Below, piece after piece: positions 25,181 to 28,934 of a stretch of 28,934 nucleotides of DNA. The DNA is taken from positions 1-28,934 of the forward strand of contig JAGQIB010000222.1 of NCBI GenBank assembly GCA_020431545.1, in the 5' to 3' direction. Every line of letters begins with the position of its first letter. Position 1 is the first letter of the stretch. The DNA comes from Gemmatimonadota bacterium (GTDB lineage Bacteria > ARS69). The position numbers and the translations under genes are program-made. A model generated the notes under the pieces. It searched no databases. It was given only the letters and a program-made list of their open reading frames with translations, and was not told where the DNA came from.

Positions 25181-26514
25181 TTCGTGCCCTTTCCGTGCTT
25201 GCGGATCTCGGACTTCGCCACGCGGATCAGCTGCACGATCGGGATGTTCGACGGGCAGGACCACGAGCACGCGCCGCACTCCATGCAGTCCATCGCGAAG
25301 GCACGATCCATGTCGTCGAACCGGCCGGCGCGCGCCAGCCGCGCGAGACGCGACGGATTCAGGAAGTTCGAGCACGCCTCCAGACACCGCCCGCACTTCA
25401 GGCAGGCGTATTCCGTCGGTCGCGCCGCGCGCGCCTCCGTGAACGCGAGGATCCCGGACGTTCCCTTGAGCACCGGAACGTCCAGGGTGGCGAGCGGTTG
25501 CCCCATCATCGGGCCGCCGAGCACGACCTCCCGCGCCTCGGGCAACAGGCCGCCGCAGTGGTGCAGGATGTCCCGCACCGACGTGCCGATCGGCACGACG
25601 AGGTTCGCCGGCTCGCGCACGCCCGGTCCCGACACCGTGAGCCAGCGCTCGATCAGGGGAACGCCCCGGTCGAACCAGTCCGCGAGCGCCGCCATCGTCT
25701 GCACGTTGTTCACGAGGACGCCGAGGTCGAGCGGCAGCTTTCCGGCCGGCACCTCTTCGCGCCACAGCGCACGGATGAGCATCTTCTCGGCGCCCTGGGG
25801 ATACTTCACGTCGAGCGGCACCACGTCGACGGTCGGACCGTCCGTGGAGCCCGCCGCCTCCTTCGCCGCCCGTTCGAGCGCCGCGATGCCGTCCGGCTTG
25901 TTCGCCTCCACTCCCACCACGATCTCGCGCACGCCGAGCTTCGCGCCGAGGATCATCGCCCCGCGCACGACCGCCTCGGGTCGCTCGACCATGAGACGGT
26001 GATCGCACGTGAGATACGGCTCGCACTCGCAGCCGTTCACGGCGAGCCGTTCGAGCCTGCGCCCCTCCGGCACCTTGTACTTCACGTGCGAGGGGAACGC
26101 GGCGCCGCCGAGCCCCACGATGCCTGCGCGCTGCACCTGCGCCACGAACTCCTCGAGCGGCATCGCCGCCCAGTCGAGCGGGTCCCGGGACGGGAGTCGC
26201 TGCGGCGACCACGGGTCGGCCGCGATCTCGATCGCGTCGACCAGGGCGCCGGAGGGATGCCGGCGACGTTCCACCGCGGTCACCGTGCCCGCAACCGGCG
26301 CGCACAGTGTGGTGGAGACGAACCCGTCCGGCTCTGCGACCGGATCCCCGCGCTCGACGCGCACGCCCGCGGTCACGATCGCCTTGGACGGCCGGCCCCC
26401 GTGCTGCGCGAGCGGGAGCACGTAGTGCGAGACGAACGGCAGCCGACGGGTCGGCGAGTCGGCCGTCGCGTCCTTGTGCTCCGCGGGATGGACTCCGTGC
26501 TGGAACGTCTTCAT
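25177..26514 (-). CDS. rnfC: Rnf electron transport complex subunit C
   Basis: ATG 26514 (MKTFQHGVHPAEHK). AGIVGLGGAAFPSHVK, VNGCECEPYLTCD, YPQGAEK, GGPMMG, and two 4Fe-4S motifs (CLKCGRCLEACS, CMECGACSWSCP). 445 aa. Confidence 0.97.
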   Translation of the reverse strand: MKTFQHGVHPAEHKDATADSPTRRLPFVSHYVLPLAQHGGRPSKAIVTAGVRVERGDPVAEPDGFVSTTLCAPVAGTVTAVERRRHPSGALVDAIEIAADPWSPQRLPSRDPLDWAAMPLEEFVAQVQRAGIVGLGGAAFPSHVKYKVPEGRRLERLAVNGCECEPYLTCDHRLMVERPEAVVRGAMILGAKLGVREIVVGVEANKPDGIAALERAAKEAAGSTDGPTVDVVPLDVKYPQGAEKMLIRALWREEVPAGKLPLDLGVLVNNVQTMAALADWFDRGVPLIERWLTVSGPGVREPANLVVPIGTSVRDILHHCGGLLPEAREVVLGGPMMGQPLATLDVPVLKGTSGILAFTEARAARPTEYACLKCGRCLEACSNFLNPSRLARLARAGRFDDMDRAFAMDCMECGACSWSCPSNIPIVQLIRVAKSEIRKHGKGTK

Positions 26515-28934
26515 GCGTCGTCCTCGGAATCCGGACCGGCGAGCGCCATCAGCCGACGTTCCAGCCGCTCGACGAGCGCGGACTCCGTGTCGTGCGTGGC
26601 GGCATCCAGCGCGGTCGAGCGTTCGGCCACCGCGCGCCGACGCTCTTCGTCGCGGGCCTCGTCGCGCGCGCGCTCGATCGCGGGCCCGGCGCTGCCGGCG
26701 AGCAGCAGCAGGACGTCGCGGGTCGACGACGCGGGGCCGTCCCGCAGCGTGATCGTGCCGAGCGGCGCCCGCTCGGACGGGCTCGCCAGGAACGGCACGA
26801 ACTCCCCGGCATCGCGCCGCTGCCGGATCCGCTCCAGCGCGGCGGCCGCCTCTCCGTCCGGCCGCGGCGCGAACACGCGGACGAGGAGCGGGCCACCCTT
26901 CGTTGCCGCGTCGCGAATCGCGCGCACGAGCGGATCCGGATCCGCCACCGTGTCCTGCACCACGAACGCGTCGCGACCGGCCGCCGCGAGCAGCGCCAGC
27001 TCGCTCCGCCCCGCGTCGCCCCCGGCGCTCCCCGCCGTCACGATCACCGCGAGCGGCAAGCGTCGCGCGAGCAACGACTCGACTGCGCCGCCGCGACGCT
27101 CCGTCCACGACTCGTCGTCCAGGAGCAGCACCACCCGCGGCGCCAGCGCTTGTTCCTCGAGCCGCAGGTCCTCGAACCGGGCCGGCAGATCCGGCGGGTC
27201 GGGCGCGGCCGATCCCGTGAGCGCGTGCTCCACGCGACGGATTGCGCGGGCGTTCTCCACGGTCTCGCGCGCGATCTCGTCGAGCAGCCCGGACGCGGTC
27301 GCGATCCCGGCGCCGTCCAGATCCACGATCGCGGGGCCGGGGAACGGTTGCGCCGGGAACGTCGCGATCCACTCCGCGAGGTCGCGGTCCGCCACGACGA
27401 CGTAGGTGCGGCGGCCCGGTCCGGTCGCGCGCGCGAGGCGTTCGTCGAGATCCACGACGGACTTCGCGCGATCCACCACGCGCGCGAGGCGCTCGGCGTT
27501 CACCGGTCCGGTCTCCACGGCTTCCTCGAGCCGCGACACGAGCGCCGCGACGTCCACGTCGCGGCCGCCGAGCGACTCCAGACCCCGGGAGATCGCCTCC
27601 AGGTCTCCGGTCGGCACGACGTCGAGCATCGCGTGCCGGATCGACTTGGCGGCGCGCTCGCGCACCGCGCGGACCCGCGCCCGCGCATCGACGTCGCGTT
27701 GCGCCTGCGCCGCGCTCAGCGCGCCGAGCGCGAGACGCAGGCCCAGGCGCGCCGGCGAGCCCGCCGGAGCGGCGTCGCCGGGACCGAGCGCGTGACGCGC
27801 TTCCGGATCGAGCCACGTGGCCGCCGCGACGCCCACGTCGTCCCGTGCCGCGAGGCGCTCCCGGATTGCCGCATCCGTCGGAGCCATCGCGAGCGCGAGA
27901 TCGGTCCGCGCGCGCAGGGCGCCGGCCGACTCCGCTGTGGCCTCCTCGAGTCGAAGCGCCTCGGGCTCGCACTCCGTCGCGCAGATCCCGCAACCCGTGC
28001 AAGCATCCGGATCCACGACGATCGAGGCGATGTTCCCCTCCAGCGCCTCCGGCCGCGCGACCGGGAGCGCTCCGACCGCCGCGCCGACGGCCGCGACCGC
28101 AGCCGCGACGTTCGCCCGACGTTCGTCCGGCACCGAGCCCTCGATCGCCCGGAACGCCTGCTCCAGCGCGTCGTCGAACGTGGCCGGGGCATCCGCCGCC
28201 GCGAGCCGCGCTTCGACCTCGCGCGCGAGCTTCGAAGAAACGGAACGGAGTACGTCGACCGATCCGCCCTGCTCGCGCGCGAGGCGCATTCCCTCGTTCA
28301 GGAGGCCGGCCGCTCCGTGGACCACCGGTTCGATCGCTCCGTGCGGGCAGCTCACCCAGCAACGACCGCAGCCCGTGCAGGCAGCGGGATCGAACGCCGG
28401 CAGCTGACCGGAGACGTTCGCGACCGGCCGCAACGCGCCCGCCCCCGCCGGCAGCGCGGCGAGCGCGAGCAACGGATCCGGCGCGAGCGCCGCGGCGCGG
28501 CCTTCGCTCCACGGGCGAACGAATCCGTCCCAGGCGCTCGGCAACGACGACCAGGGCGCGGCGTTCTCGGGAACTCGACGGGCCCGGGCCGGTGGCACCA
28601 GGACGTCTCCGGGGGCACGATCGGAGACGCGGTCGGCGCGTACACCGTGGCGCTCCGCGCCCGGAAACGCCCGTCGCAGCTCTTCCCGGATCGCGGCCCG
28701 CTTCGGATCCGAGCGCAGGTCCGGCGCGAAGTCCGCGCCGACCCAGACCGGACCGGTGCGATCGTCGAACGTCCGGGCGAGCTCGAGCAGATCTTCCTCC
28801 AGCACTTCGGCCCCGCCGAAGCCCGCGATCGCGGAGATGAGGCGGCCGCCTACTCCCGCGGCGCGCACTTCGGCCGTCAGTCGGGGCTCGGACGCGAGCC
28901 AGGCGTTCGCGCGCTCGAGCACGAGGACGTCGCG
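26511..28934 (-). CDS. Degenerate pyruvate:ferredoxin oxidoreductase-like protein with two 4Fe-4S motifs (5' end lies beyond the window)
   Basis: Frame is open to the window edge (...RDVLVLERANAWL). Ferredoxin motifs FDPAACTGCGRCWVSCPHGAI (28344-28379) and VDPDACTGCGICATECEP (27963-28001), preceded by the PFOR-like LPAGAGALRP segment. Later segments resemble the PFOR beta/TPP domain without its key residues. Stop overlaps the rnfC ATG (ATGA). Confidence 0.8.
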   Translation of the reverse strand, partial: RDVLVLERANAWLASEPRLTAEVRAAGVGGRLISAIAGFGGAEVLEEDLLELARTFDDRTGPVWVGADFAPDLRSDPKRAAIREELRRAFPGAERHGVRADRVSDRAPGDVLVPPARARRVPENAAPWSSLPSAWDGFVRPWSEGRAAALAPDPLLALAALPAGAGALRPVANVSGQLPAFDPAACTGCGRCWVSCPHGAIEPVVHGAAGLLNEGMRLAREQGGSVDVLRSVSSKLAREVEARLAAADAPATFDDALEQAFRAIEGSVPDERRANVAAAVAAVGAAVGALPVARPEALEGNIASIVVDPDACTGCGICATECEPEALRLEEATAESAGALRARTDLALAMAPTDAAIRERLAARDDVGVAAATWLDPEARHALGPGDAAPAGSPARLGLRLALGALSAAQAQRDVDARARVRAVRERAAKSIRHAMLDVVPTGDLEAISRGLESLGGRDVDVAALVSRLEEAVETGPVNAERLARVVDRAKSVVDLDERLARATGPGRRTYVVVADRDLAEWIATFPAQPFPGPAIVDLDGAGIATASGLLDEIARETVENARAIRRVEHALTGSAAPDPPDLPARFEDLRLEEQALAPRVVLLLDDESWTERRGGAVESLLARRLPLAVIVTAGSAGGDAGRSELALLAAAGRDAFVVQDTVADPDPLVRAIRDAATKGGPLLVRVFAPRPDGEAAAALERIRQRRDAGEFVPFLASPSERAPLGTITLRDGPASSTRDVLLLLAGSAGPAIERARDEARDEERRRAVAERSTALDAATHDTESALVERLERRLMALAGPDSEDDA

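Noticed and set aside
6370-28512. Long N-terminal extensions given by the ORF track for greA (to 9666), pepF (to 11129), hslO (to 14124), rnfA, rnfE, rnfG, rnfD and rnfC (to 28512)
   Set aside because: They overlap neighbouring genes in other frames. Family-typical N-termini, RBSs and 4-nt stop/start overlaps define the shorter starts used here.
314-28840. Many long ORFs in the six-frame track (e.g. 3334-6216 +, 6466-8634 +, 8331-10571 +, 17745-20117 -, 25195-27405 +, 27242-28840 +)
   Set aside because: These are antisense or off-frame shadows of real genes. Stop codons are rare at this GC content, and the translations are Arg/Gly/Ala/Pro-rich with no motifs.
26511-28934. Calling the upstream-of-rnfC gene rnfB or an intact PFOR (nifJ/por)
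   Set aside because: It lacks RnfB's N-terminal TM plus FeS domain within the visible part and is far larger. It also lacks visible TPP (GDG) and proximal-cluster Cys motifs needed for an active PFOR.
1-28934. rRNA, tRNA, transposase, integrase, phage or defence genes
   Set aside because: No cloverleaf or rRNA-like segments and no DDE or tyrosine-recombinase motifs were recognised; intergenic gaps are short and mostly accounted for.

Overview
Very GC-rich bacterial chromosomal window, about 24 densely packed genes, with no rRNA, tRNA, CRISPR or mobile element visible. Four secreted proteins with FlgD-Ig/T9SS-like C-terminal tails suggest an FCB-related lineage such as Ca. Eisenbacteria (inference). 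Left to right: the start of an arginine deiminase operon (arcA, partial arcB); an orphan secreted helical enzyme; a STAS anti-anti-sigma; a BNR/VPS10 beta-propeller protein; pepF coupled to a ~700-aa long-form GreA; lpoB plus a COG3014-like lipoprotein; a coupled NRDE/TANGO2 and Hsp33-like pair; an orphan gene divergent from an atypical ECF-like sigma and a membrane FG-GAP protein, with five 11-bp tandem repeats just upstream of a putative -35; a second BNR protein; a TIM-barrel glycosidase-like protein; and an rnfCDGEA operon. The best candidate for an undescribed system is the Rnf operon. It has no rnfB in the window. It is translationally coupled upstream to a large PFOR-like protein that keeps two 4Fe-4S motifs but appears to have lost its TPP-binding and proximal-cluster motifs, and it ends in a 56-aa TM/Cys peptide. 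The repeat-array/ECF module is the second candidate. All assignments come from motif recognition by eye; no database searches were run.
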